A stretch of DNA of 64,000 nucleotides from Gemmatimonadaceae bacterium (GTDB lineage: Bacteria > Gemmatimonadota > Gemmatimonadetes > Gemmatimonadales > Gemmatimonadaceae), in contig JBJMOW010000006.1 in NCBI GenBank assembly GCA_045803545.1, forward strand, positions 160,001 through 224,000, in the 5' to 3' direction. Made by a program: the position numbers and the translations under genes. The notes below the pieces were generated by a model, which worked only from the letters and a program-made list of their open reading frames with translations, ran no database searches and was not told the origin of the DNA. Below, piece by piece: positions 10,294 to 19,964 of this stretch (positions are counted from its first letter, which is position 1; each line of letters starts with the position of its first letter).

Positions 10294-12933
10294 CTACCGG
10301 GCTGTCGTCCGGTGGATGTTCCAACCCGTCACGATCACTCGCGCGGGTGCTCCGCCTAGATCACGCACGTTGTAGCGCGCGCTCAACGTGCGTGATTCAC
10401 CAGGGAGCAAGGTCACGTAGTTGTCCTCCCACGTCACCGGCAACGCTTCTTCCCCGCCCTTGCCCACGACCTGCAGGCGCATGAAGAACGCGATGGCGTT
10501 GGTCGGATTCTTTAGCGTCACCGTTGTGGTGCCGATGCTGCCGTTGCGTGAAGACCGCGCTGAGGCGCTCACCGCCGACTGAGGCATGCTGCGCAATGCG
10601 GTGAAGTCCGCGTAGTTCTTGACGGGTGTCATATACCACGTCGATGAATCAGACAGTGCGTCCATCTTCGTCGACAGCCAGTAGAAGTTGCTGCTGATCG
10701 GACGACCGTCGGACCCAGTCAACCTCAAGTCCACGAAGTAAGCGGGCGTCGAGAGGTTCGTCGGCTCCGGCAAGGTGAATAGACGCAACGTCGAATCCGC
10801 CGGGATATCGATCACTGTGTCCCTGGCAAACTTCTCGGAATTATCCAGACCAAGTATTCGCGTGCGCAGATGAACCCCGCGTACGCCGGAACGCGGCTTG
10901 TTGTCGTTCACTACTGCAATCGTACGATCGTCGTAAGAATAGACCGCGTGCACCGGCTCGTTGGCCTTCTTGGTGCCGAAGTACCCGCCCGCCGGCAGCA
11001 GGTACCAATCGAACAAGTGCCAGTAAATCGACGGCCAGGCGTTGTTGAACATCCACTGAATCACTCCCGTCGACACGTACTTGTTGCGACGATACGCCTC
11101 GAACATCGCGCGCTCGCCCTCGTACGTCATCAGCTGCGCCGTCACCGTATAATCCTCGGCGGTGATCGGTGCGCCGTATCGCTGTGAAAGAGCAGCGTTG
11201 AAACGATCGAGCAGCTTGGTGAACTGTCCGCCAGCAGCGTGGTAGAACCAGACTGTATCGAGCGGCCACTTGAGATTCTCGGCCGGAATCATCTTGCGCA
11301 TGCTCTCGATCGGAGGCACGGCTGCGCCGGGACTCGTCTCGGTGTTGTAAGCCCACGCGCCCCCGTGAGTGCTGTCCTGCATCCAATAGCCAGGCGGTAC
11401 CCAATCGTACGGACCGGTCATCTTCACACCGCTGGCGCCCGAGAACTGCGCCGGCTTGGCACTCGCGGAGCTGATCGTAGGATTCGGCCAGAGCTCGTCG
11501 CGCTCAATGTTCAGATACATCTGCTCAACGTCAGCCGGCGGCGGATTATCGCTGCCGTTGAGCCACGTGAAGACACTCGGGTGTGCGCGCAGGCGACGGA
11601 TCTGATCCCGCAACGACGCCGCGGCGATCTGATGCTGCTCAGGTTTCCACTTCGGCCACTCTTCCCACGGGCCGCAGCAGACCCAGCCCGTCATGATGAG
11701 GACGCCGAGGCTGTCGGCTTGATGGAAGAAGCGATCGTTCTCGTAGTTCCCCTCCAGGCGAAGCGTGTTGAGATGCATGTCGAGCGCATACTTCATCTGC
11801 GCGTCCTGCCGCTCGGGTTGGGGGCGGAAGAACATGTCGGGCGCCCAACCCCCGCCGCGGATCAGAATGCGCTTGCCATTGATGCGGAACAGTCTTCCGC
11901 CTTTTGGCGTCGACTCCGAAGTGACTTCGCGAATACCAAAACGCTGCGTTTGCTGATCGGAGACACGGCCGTTATTCACGAACTCGATGTTGAGCGTGTA
12001 CAACTCTGGCGATCCAAGTTCGAGCGGCCACCAGAGCCGGGGGTTGGTGAAGTGAAGTCCCGGAGCGTCAGCCGGAGTGATACTCACGAGCGCACTATCA
12101 TTCGCGCCGATCGTTACCGGCTTGCTGAACGACACAGTCCCGATCCGCCCGCGCAGAGTTCCACTCACCGGCTGAGATGTGAGATTGTGCAAACCGCTGA
12201 CAACGGTCAGATCCGCTGATTTCAGCGAAGCGGTATCGATGTGACTTATCACACCCGGATACTGGATCACGACATCACCGCTCGACGCCAGGTATGCCGG
12301 CTGCCAAATGCCCATGTCCTTGTCGGGTGGCGACGGATTCCAGTCGACCCACGTCGTTTGAAGATCGGGCGTATCCGGTGCAAAGATCTCAACCGCCAGC
12401 GCGTTCTCGCCGCTTCGATTGACGGCGTCGGTCACGTCGAACTCGTAACGCCTATAGGTGCCCGCGACCGCCGCGGAGTCAGCGATGCGCTTGCCGTTCA
12501 GCCAGAGGTTCGCGCGGTAGTTGATCCCGTCGAAGTTTAGGCGCACGCGCTTGCCACGCATTGACACCGGCACGCGAAAACTCGTGCGATACCACCACGG
12601 TACCACGAAGGGACTGGCGGAATCCATCGCGGTGTGCACGAAGTTCGCACCGATCTTGAAGGTCGTTCCCGGAATGCTGCGCAGGTTCATCCCATAAAAC
12701 GGATCCTTGTAGACACCGGCATCAACGAGAGCGCCGACCACAGTCGATGGCACACTCACGCTGTACCAATCGGTCGGGTGATATGAAGTCGACGAGATCG
12801 CAGCGCCATCAGTGCCGACCTTGGCCGATGACTGGAGCTGCCAGCGCTCGTTCAGCATCGACCGCTCCTGCGCGGCCACCACGTTTGCTGCCGACAGAGT
12901 AAGAAAAAGGGCCCAGTGAGAAAACTGCTTCAC
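10294..12933 (-). CDS. GH2 exo-beta-D-glucosaminidase (CsxA-like) / beta-mannosidase family glycosidase, secreted
   Basis: Signal peptide; FDGINYRANLWLNG, WVDWNP, LRLEG, HPSVFTWLNGSD, KMTGPYDWVPP and QWMFNNAWPS motifs; GTG start overlaps the permease stop. Confidence 0.85.
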   Translation of the reverse strand: MKQFSHWALFLTLSAANVVAAQERSMLNERWQLQSSAKVGTDGAAISSTSYHPTDWYSVSVPSTVVGALVDAGVYKDPFYGMNLRSIPGTTFKIGANFVHTAMDSASPFVVPWWYRTSFRVPVSMRGKRVRLNFDGINYRANLWLNGKRIADSAAVAGTYRRYEFDVTDAVNRSGENALAVEIFAPDTPDLQTTWVDWNPSPPDKDMGIWQPAYLASSGDVVIQYPGVISHIDTASLKSADLTVVSGLHNLTSQPVSGTLRGRIGTVSFSKPVTIGANDSALVSITPADAPGLHFTNPRLWWPLELGSPELYTLNIEFVNNGRVSDQQTQRFGIREVTSESTPKGGRLFRINGKRILIRGGGWAPDMFFRPQPERQDAQMKYALDMHLNTLRLEGNYENDRFFHQADSLGVLIMTGWVCCGPWEEWPKWKPEQHQIAAASLRDQIRRLRAHPSVFTWLNGSDNPPPADVEQMYLNIERDELWPNPTISSASAKPAQFSGASGVKMTGPYDWVPPGYWMQDSTHGGAWAYNTETSPGAAVPPIESMRKMIPAENLKWPLDTVWFYHAAGGQFTKLLDRFNAALSQRYGAPITAEDYTVTAQLMTYEGERAMFEAYRRNKYVSTGVIQWMFNNAWPSIYWHLFDWYLLPAGGYFGTKKANEPVHAVYSYDDRTIAVVNDNKPRSGVRGVHLRTRILGLDNSEKFARDTVIDIPADSTLRLFTLPEPTNLSTPAYFVDLRLTGSDGRPISSNFYWLSTKMDALSDSSTWYMTPVKNYADFTALRSMPQSAVSASARSSRNGSIGTTTVTLKNPTNAIAFFMRLQVVGKGGEEALPVTWEDNYVTLLPGESRTLSARYNVRDLGGAPARVIVTGWNIHRTTAR

Positions 12934-14330
12934 GATGTCGCCTCCGCGAAACCGAATGGCCAACGCTTGATATTCCAGGACCAGAGGAGAAACACTGCAA
13001 ATCCCAGCGCCAGGACGCCGATACCGAAGAAAATTACCTGCAGCTGCGTAGTCGCAAACACGAAAATCCAGCCCAGCATCGCGATCACCGCCGGGATCGG
13101 ATACAGCCACATCCGATAAGGGCGCGGCATGTCAGGCGCGTGCTTCCGCAGCAGCATCAACCCGACGATCTGGCCCATGAACTGTACGACGATGCGCGTT
13201 ACGATCAGCGCATCAATCACCGTGCCCAGTGAAAAGAAGCCGGCGAAAATTGAAAGTACACCGAGTACCAGCAGCGACACGTAAGGGAAATCCTTGGTCG
13301 GGTGCAGCTTGCCGAATATCCGGAAGAAGTACCCACTCTCCGCCGCTGCGAACGGAATCCGCGAGTAGCCAAGCAGCAGCGCGAAGACGGAGCCGAACGC
13401 GGTCCACAGCACCAGCAGCGTAAAGATCGTGGCAACCGTTTTACCGTAGACCTTCTGCATGAAGATCGAGACGATGAAGTTGGACTCTGCGTGCTGGTCC
13501 GCCGGCACGAACTCGCGCCACGGTACGACGCCGATGATGGAGAAGTTGATGCCGATATAGATGATGGCCACCGCAATCGTGCTGACGAGAATCGACCGCG
13601 GAATGACGCGCCCCGGATTCTGCACCTCGTCGCCGATGTAACAGACGTCGTAATAACCGAGGTAGTCGTAGATGCCGATTCGGGTGGCGGCGCCGAGGCC
13701 GAGGAAGAACCCGAGGGAGAAGTTGAACGCGCCGGGTGGGAAATCGAACGCAACCGCCGGATTGAAATGAGTCGCACCGGTGAAAATGACGGCCAGCACG
13801 GTGATGAGGGTACCGATCCACAGTGAGATCGTGATCTTGGCGATCGACTGAATGCGGCGATAAAGCAACACGATGTTGATGACTCCGACGACCGTCACCA
13901 GCACGATCACCCACGGCCGCGTCAGTCCGGACCACAGATACTGCGCGTACTGCGTGAACCCGATGTAGCCGGAGGCGATCTCGAGCGGACCACTCAGCAC
14001 GAACTGCCACACGAACAGAAAGCCCATCAACCGGCCGAACTTCTGGGCTCCGAAGGCTTCACGAAGGTACCGGAAGGAGCCGCCGGATCCCGGCAACGCC
14101 GCACCGAGCTCGCTCCACACCATGCCATCGCAAATCACGATCACCAACGCGACGATCCAGCCGAGCATCGCCTGCGGTCCGCCAAGCGCGGACATGAGAA
14201 GCGGGATCGTAATAAACGGTCCCGCTCCCATCATGTTGGTCATGTTGAGCGCGGTGGCGCTCAGCATATTGAATCGCCGTTCCAGGTGAGTATGGCCGGC
14301 CGATTCGACGGTTGACGACGTATTGCTCAT
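12930..14330 (-). CDS. APC family amino acid/amine permease
   Basis: About 12 TM helices; GAGPF in TM1, ELGAALPGSGG and PRPYRM motifs. Confidence 0.9.
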   Translation of the reverse strand: MSNTSSTVESAGHTHLERRFNMLSATALNMTNMMGAGPFITIPLLMSALGGPQAMLGWIVALVIVICDGMVWSELGAALPGSGGSFRYLREAFGAQKFGRLMGFLFVWQFVLSGPLEIASGYIGFTQYAQYLWSGLTRPWVIVLVTVVGVINIVLLYRRIQSIAKITISLWIGTLITVLAVIFTGATHFNPAVAFDFPPGAFNFSLGFFLGLGAATRIGIYDYLGYYDVCYIGDEVQNPGRVIPRSILVSTIAVAIIYIGINFSIIGVVPWREFVPADQHAESNFIVSIFMQKVYGKTVATIFTLLVLWTAFGSVFALLLGYSRIPFAAAESGYFFRIFGKLHPTKDFPYVSLLVLGVLSIFAGFFSLGTVIDALIVTRIVVQFMGQIVGLMLLRKHAPDMPRPYRMWLYPIPAVIAMLGWIFVFATTQLQVIFFGIGVLALGFAVFLLWSWNIKRWPFGFAEATS

Positions 14331-14345
14331 TCGCGTCCGTTCATC

Positions 14346-15728
14346 CTATTGTCCTCCGACATAGACCCTCAGCGAAACCGGGCCGAGCTGTTGGCCATCG
14401 GCGTCGGCGGCCCAGGTGATTGTCTGCCACTCGGATTTACTCAACCTCGGTGCGACAAGTCTAACCCGCACCGGATAATCGTCGTGTGGTCCTGCGACAA
14501 ACGTCGTCATTGGCCACGGATGTCCGTGCTGCGCTGACGTGCTATCCACCGACCATCCCGCCGGCAGCTGCGTGCGCAGATGAAACGTAACTGCCTTATC
14601 AGTGTTGTTGCGCAACAAGAGCATCACCGGAAAATGCTGACTACTCCCGACGCCGAGCTCAGGTGCAATGAGCGTGTTCATGACGTCGACGCTGTGCGCA
14701 GGGTAAAAACGCTTATAGAACGCCCACGCCTGTCCGAGCTCGATCGAGAGCGCCGGCAGGTTCTCAGGGCGATAGCCACGCACTGGGGCGAAAGCGATTG
14801 GCCGGCCGCCTACGCCGTCGAGAATGTCCGCCGTCGTTGCACCGCCAACGAGTGACTTCGCCAGCACGAACGGCAGCGGCTGCTCGAAATCCTTGAGATT
14901 GTTTGTGGCAAGCGCTCGCGCCGGATCGTCGCCGTACTGGGTGCGATGGAAGGTTTGCTCAGTGGCGGCCAGCCTGGCGTACGATACACCGCGTGCAGGA
15001 GAGACTGCCGTCATCGAGTATTCCGGTCCCTTCCCGTTCATGAACTCGAAATGCGTCGCGTCAGTGTAATAGTAAAGTTTCTTCGGCTGCCACGGACGCA
15101 AACCCTCCATCAGGTTGCCGTAGTAGAGGCGGTCTTCCGGCATCGCCACCTGCTCCGCGAATGCTGTTGGATCTCCCGCCAAATCGAACGCTTCCGTCGC
15201 GATGACACCAGACGCCTGATGATCTTCGTGGTTTTCCCCTGAGACCGTCGCGGGCAACATCGTGATCACGACTTCGGGACGAGTGAGACGAATGAAACGC
15301 ACGGCATCGGCGAGCGCCGCACCGTGGTTCCCCGTTTCGAGCGACCGCAAAACGTCGGCAACGTCGAATCCAGGCGTGTCCGGCATTCGCAGAAAAAAAA
15401 CCTTGTCAATGCCGATTGACGCCAGCGCCTGTCTTGTCTCGATCTCGCGAATCTCTCCCAGCGTGCGCGCCTGCTCGTAACCAACCAGATTACTCCCGGC
15501 ATCACCTCTGGTAGTGACGACTACGGCGACGCGCTTCTTGTCGTCGAGCACTGCCTTTGCCAGATAGCCGGCGATCGTTGTTTCGTCGTCCGGATGTGGT
15601 GCTATGACCAGGATATCGACTTTGAATCTTTCGTCGGGTGCCGGATTGGTCGGCTGCTGGGACGCGAGAGGCCTGACGAGGGCGGTAACCATCAGCGCGG
15701 CGCCGAGTGTCAAACGACCACTGTGCAT
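14346..15728 (-). CDS. PIG-L/LmbE family de-N-acetylase, secreted
   Basis: APHPDDE, TRGDAG and HEDH motifs; signal peptide from ATG 15728. Confidence 0.88.
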   Translation of the reverse strand: MHSGRLTLGAALMVTALVRPLASQQPTNPAPDERFKVDILVIAPHPDDETTIAGYLAKAVLDDKKRVAVVVTTRGDAGSNLVGYEQARTLGEIREIETRQALASIGIDKVFFLRMPDTPGFDVADVLRSLETGNHGAALADAVRFIRLTRPEVVITMLPATVSGENHEDHQASGVIATEAFDLAGDPTAFAEQVAMPEDRLYYGNLMEGLRPWQPKKLYYYTDATHFEFMNGKGPEYSMTAVSPARGVSYARLAATEQTFHRTQYGDDPARALATNNLKDFEQPLPFVLAKSLVGGATTADILDGVGGRPIAFAPVRGYRPENLPALSIELGQAWAFYKRFYPAHSVDVMNTLIAPELGVGSSQHFPVMLLLRNNTDKAVTFHLRTQLPAGWSVDSTSAQHGHPWPMTTFVAGPHDDYPVRVRLVAPRLSKSEWQTITWAADADGQQLGPVSLRVYVGGQ

Positions 15729-15815
15729 CGCACTGAAATACGGAAACTCCACGCGCTCCGCAACGAGTTGTCGCATATGGTCTGCTATCGCACCGTCAAA
15801 CAGCAAGGAGCTCTC

Positions 15816-16754
15816 ATGAAGCGGGCATTGATTGGTATTTGCTGCATCGTCGGTTGTACCGCGAAGTCGGACGCGAGCAAATCCGCCGACTCGACCTCAG
15901 CGGCGCCCGCTCAAGCCGATCGACCAATAGCGATTGTCCACGACGGCCTGGCCTCGGCGGAAGCCCTCTCATTCGATCCGAAGCTCAACGTCTACTTCGT
16001 CAGCAACATCAATGGCGACCCTGGCATCAAGGATGGCAATGGCTTCATCACGCGAATCACTGCCGACGGCGTCGTTGACAGCCTGCATTTCATTCAGGGC
16101 GGACGAAACGGCGTGACACTCAACGCGCCGATGGGCTCTCGGGTGCAGGGCGATACGCTTTGGGTCCTCGACGTCGATGTTCTGCGCGGGTTCAACGCCC
16201 GAACCGGCGCTGCGCTCAAGTCAATCAGCCTCGCGGCGCAGGGCGCGGGATTCCTCAACGATCTTGCGATCGGCCCCGACGGCGACTTCTACATCACTGA
16301 CACTGGCGTCCGACCGGTCAGCGGTAACCTGCAACATGTCGCGCCGGATCGGATCTATCATGTCGATCGCAGCGGCAAGGTTACGATCGTGGTCGAAAAT
16401 CCGGCGCTGTCGATGCCTGACGGAATCGGCTGGGACCCCGCCGGCCGTCGGCTCGTGCTGGCTCCTTTTGGCGGTAAAGCCGTGCAGGAATGGCATCCCG
16501 GCGACAAGGCGCCAACAGACGTGGCACCCGGACCGAGCAAGTTCGACGGCGTAGAAGTCGAGCCCGACAATACGATCGTCGTCACGATCTGGAACGACTC
16601 CTCGGTCTCAACACTCACCGGCAACAAGCTGGTCAAGAGAGTCCGGCTGTCGATGCCGCCTGCTGACGCCAGCGTGGATGTCAGTCGCGGGCGGGTTGGC
16701 GTTGTCTCAGTCGCAGTCGATCGATTCGAGCTGTGGCCGTGGCCCGCGCACTAG
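15816..16754 (+). CDS. SMP-30/gluconolactonase-like beta-propeller lipoprotein
   Basis: SD AAGGAG, lipobox IVGC, and YFVSNING...DGNGFI, FLNDL, YITDTG and PDGI motifs. Confidence 0.8.
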   Translation: MKRALIGICCIVGCTAKSDASKSADSTSAAPAQADRPIAIVHDGLASAEALSFDPKLNVYFVSNINGDPGIKDGNGFITRITADGVVDSLHFIQGGRNGVTLNAPMGSRVQGDTLWVLDVDVLRGFNARTGAALKSISLAAQGAGFLNDLAIGPDGDFYITDTGVRPVSGNLQHVAPDRIYHVDRSGKVTIVVENPALSMPDGIGWDPAGRRLVLAPFGGKAVQEWHPGDKAPTDVAPGPSKFDGVEVEPDNTIVVTIWNDSSVSTLTGNKLVKRVRLSMPPADASVDVSRGRVGVVSVAVDRFELWPWPAH

Positions 16755-17413
16755 TTCTGAGACGTCTCGATTTGAATCGAGCCGGCACCGACTGAGACTT
16801 TGAGGTCGGCCAGACGCCGAACGACTGCGTCCGCCGCCACCAGATCCTCGGACGGATATGTCGCGGCGACGGCGATCACTCGCATGCCTCCCGCGTGCGC
16901 GGCCTCAATCCCCGGAGGCGTGTCTTCGATCACCACACACTCTTCCGGTTTGAGGCCCAGATGCGAAGCAGCAGTCAGATAGCCCTCGGGATGCGGCTTC
17001 CCGTGCGAAATCTCATCCGCGCACACCATCACACGTGGAACAGGAATACCGACGAGATTCAGTCGGAAGGATGCAATCGCGCGCGTACCTGACGTCACGA
17101 TCGCCCATTGATTCACCGGCAGCCGGGCGATCAAGTCGCGCGCGCCCTCGATCTCATAGATGCCTTCGCTCGTCATCCCCTCTTGCAGCTCGAGGCTGGT
17201 GACTTCGTTCAGCACATCCAGATGGGGCGCCACCGCCCGAACCGTCTCGATCGTTCGACGACCGTGCGCGATTGCAATCACATCCTCGGCGTTCAATCCA
17301 TGCTGCGCCGACCAACCGCGCCACGCACGCTCGACACACTCGGCGGAATCAACGAGCACTCCGTCGAGATCGAACAGAATCGCTTTGCAATCCAGTGCGG
17401 AGCCGGCGCTCAC
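16751..17413 (-). CDS. HAD-superfamily sugar phosphatase (YfbT-like)
   Basis: FDLDGVLVDS, VTSG, GKPHPEGY and EDTPPG motifs. Confidence 0.92.
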   Translation of the reverse strand: MSAGSALDCKAILFDLDGVLVDSAECVERAWRGWSAQHGLNAEDVIAIAHGRRTIETVRAVAPHLDVLNEVTSLELQEGMTSEGIYEIEGARDLIARLPVNQWAIVTSGTRAIASFRLNLVGIPVPRVMVCADEISHGKPHPEGYLTAASHLGLKPEECVVIEDTPPGIEAAHAGGMRVIAVAATYPSEDLVAADAVVRRLADLKVSVGAGSIQIETSQN

Positions 17414-17432
17414 AGATCTTGGGACACCACAA

Positions 17433-18923
17433 TCATGGCATCGATGAATTGCTGACGAACGCCAGTCGCTTTCCGTCGGGCGACCACGACGGCACGTTGA
17501 TCGTTCCCTGGCCGCCATAAACGTACGCAATCACCCGCGCCGGCCCGCCACCGACCGGCATTAGCCGGATCATGACGTGCTTGTAGAATGGGTGATCATC
17601 CGCGGGAACACTGAGCGGGAATGAGATGAAGACGATTTGCTTGCCATCCGGAGAGATGTGCGGGAACCAGTTGTTGAAATTGTCATTGGTGATTTGTTGC
17701 TGATCGCTACCGTCGGGACGCATCCGCCAGATCTGCATGCGCCCCGTTCTCGCCGAGTTGAAGTAGATGTACTCCCCGTCCGGAGTGTACTCGGGGCCGT
17801 CATCGAGCCCGGCGGTCGTCGTTAGCTGGGTCTCTTCTCCACCGTCGACCGAAATTTTATAGATATCGAAGTCGTCGTTGCGCTGACCGACGTACACGAG
17901 CCAGCGGCCATCCGGCGACCAGCCGTGCAGGTAAGACGGACCTTTTGCCGTGATGCGCCTGGGTACGCCGCCCGTTGTTGGCACTGTGTACACGATCGAG
18001 ACGTTGCTATCCGCAGGTGAGTGATTGCTGATCGCGAGCATCTTGCCGTCGAACGACAACACGTGGTCGTTGTTGTTGCGCGTGGCAAAATCGGTGTTGA
18101 TCACCTCGGCCGCGCTCGTTGCGAGATCAAAGCGATAGAGCTTTCCCTCCTGAGCGTAGATCAACGCTTTGCCGTCAGTCGTCCAGTTCGGTGCCTGGAA
18201 CGATCCGCGATACTGATGCACGATCGTCGCATTTCTGGTCGCGAGATCCAGAATCTCCAGATTGCTACCAAGGTAGTCGCGGTAGGGCACGAAGCCTGTC
18301 TTCGGCGGAAGGGTGATCCGCACGTTGCTGAATTCACCTCGCTCGACGACGGAATCGTTGTGTGCGCAAACGAACAGGCCAACGTACACCGTGTCAGGCA
18401 GCGATACGTCCGCGAGCTGAGTACTCACCAGCGTGTCACCGAACTGCGCGACGGACATGATGTAGACTCCGTCGCGACGCTCGAGCTGAATCACCGCGTC
18501 GGCGTTTGGAAGGCTGTCCGCAGATCTGCTTTCTTCCGTCGTCGCGCCCGGTGTCCGGCGAAACTGGAGAGACATCAGTCCATCACCATGGAGCGCGGCC
18601 GTCACCTGCGGGCTCCTCGGGTCGAGCGTCGATCGGATCGTCCAGCCTATCTTCCGGTGTGCTTCGACACCTCGGCCGACAAAATGAGCGCGCGTCGAAA
18701 GAATGAAATTGCCGGCCAGTCGCTTCCACACGTAGTGAAAGTCGTCTCGCTCGGCCCACATGTTCTTGCCAGATCCAGCAATGACATAACTCTGCGTGCG
18801 CGGATCGTACGATGCTGAGCCAGCGTGACGAACGCTGCCGACGTCACCGTGCGCGGCAAAGATTCCGATCGGCATCAGGTGCGCCATCATCAGAGAGTAG
18901 AGAATAGCCAAAGGAAGCATCAT
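17433..18923 (-). CDS. TolB-like (PD40) beta-propeller protein with an N-terminal lectin-like domain
   Basis: Repeated WSPDG/ISPDG/YTPDG propeller blades; N-terminal GSGKNMW...DDFHYVWK domain. Confidence 0.85.
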   Translation of the reverse strand: MMLPLAILYSLMMAHLMPIGIFAAHGDVGSVRHAGSASYDPRTQSYVIAGSGKNMWAERDDFHYVWKRLAGNFILSTRAHFVGRGVEAHRKIGWTIRSTLDPRSPQVTAALHGDGLMSLQFRRTPGATTEESRSADSLPNADAVIQLERRDGVYIMSVAQFGDTLVSTQLADVSLPDTVYVGLFVCAHNDSVVERGEFSNVRITLPPKTGFVPYRDYLGSNLEILDLATRNATIVHQYRGSFQAPNWTTDGKALIYAQEGKLYRFDLATSAAEVINTDFATRNNNDHVLSFDGKMLAISNHSPADSNVSIVYTVPTTGGVPRRITAKGPSYLHGWSPDGRWLVYVGQRNDDFDIYKISVDGGEETQLTTTAGLDDGPEYTPDGEYIYFNSARTGRMQIWRMRPDGSDQQQITNDNFNNWFPHISPDGKQIVFISFPLSVPADDHPFYKHVMIRLMPVGGGPARVIAYVYGGQGTINVPSWSPDGKRLAFVSNSSMP

Positions 18924-19351
18924 GACTGCACCTCCGAGGTTCGCCTAAGGACGACTGCAACCACGAGTGCGACGAGGAATGCGGGCAACGCGGTAATCAA
19001 CGGCCAAATCAGCAGCGACAGCTGAATCGAGCGCAAATGCGGGGTGGAAACACGATAGCCATGAATGGTCGCCGCGAGCGCGAGTCCGAATGCGCCGAGC
19101 GCGGTACCCAGCGCAGCGTGAAATGCGGTTGATGTCGCTCGATACCGCATGCGAATCCTGTCGCGCGCGACGTGGACGCCAAACACGATCGCGCTCAGGA
19201 GCCATGCCATGCCCCGCCAGAAACGCTGACGCGGGCCCGGCACTCCACCAGCGAGCTCGGCCGACACCAATCCGATGAGCAGGTAGAGGCATCCTGCGGC
19301 GAATGTCGCTGACACCCAACTCGAGCTTACCGGACGCGAAGATGCAGCCAT
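18920..19351 (-). CDS. Hypothetical 4-TM membrane protein
   Basis: Four hydrophobic segments; ATGA overlap with the downstream gene. Confidence 0.65.
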   Translation of the reverse strand: MAASSRPVSSSWVSATFAAGCLYLLIGLVSAELAGGVPGPRQRFWRGMAWLLSAIVFGVHVARDRIRMRYRATSTAFHAALGTALGAFGLALAATIHGYRVSTPHLRSIQLSLLIWPLITALPAFLVALVVAVVLRRTSEVQS

Positions 19352-19397
19352 TGCCGTAAATACTGCCTTATCTTCCGGCACCACGCCACAATCCGAC

Positions 19398-19964
19398 ATG
19401 CAATTCGAACTGCAGCCAACTCTCAAAGGCGAGCTCGTCGAGCTCAGACCTTTGCGTGCCGACGATTGGCACGCTCTCTATGCAGTCGCGAGCGATCCTT
19501 TGATATGGGAAATCCATCCAGAGCGAGACCGCTATAAGGAAGAAGTTTTTCGCCGCTACTTTGACGGCGCCATGGAATCCGGCGGCGCCTTTCTCATCAT
19601 TGACCGCAAGTCCGGCGAGGTTATCGGCAGCTCCCGCTACGCTCACCTCGTCCCAGAGCGCAGCGAGATCGAGATCGGCTGGACGTTTCTCGCGCGCTCA
19701 TACTGGGGCGGCCGCTACAATTGGGACTTGAAGCGGCTGATGCTCGCACACGCGTTAAAGTTCGTCAATCGAGTGGTTCTTCTCGTCGGGCCGCAGAATT
19801 TTCGCTCGCGACGAGCAGTCGAGAAGATCGGCGGCGTCGAGCGCGGACGACGGATCGCGGATGGGCGCGAATCGATCGTCTACGAAATCACCGCCGAGGC
19901 TTTTAGCAACGGACCCCTGGCAACGCCCGCGGAGGCGAAACCTCAGCGCGCGACACGCGAGTAG
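19398..19964 (+). CDS. RimJ/RimL-type GNAT acetyltransferase
   Basis: LQPTLKGELVELRPL, EIGWTFLARSYWG and NFRSRRAVEKIG motifs. Confidence 0.9.
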   Translation: MQFELQPTLKGELVELRPLRADDWHALYAVASDPLIWEIHPERDRYKEEVFRRYFDGAMESGGAFLIIDRKSGEVIGSSRYAHLVPERSEIEIGWTFLARSYWGGRYNWDLKRLMLAHALKFVNRVVLLVGPQNFRSRRAVEKIGGVERGRRIADGRESIVYEITAEAFSNGPLATPAEAKPQRATRE

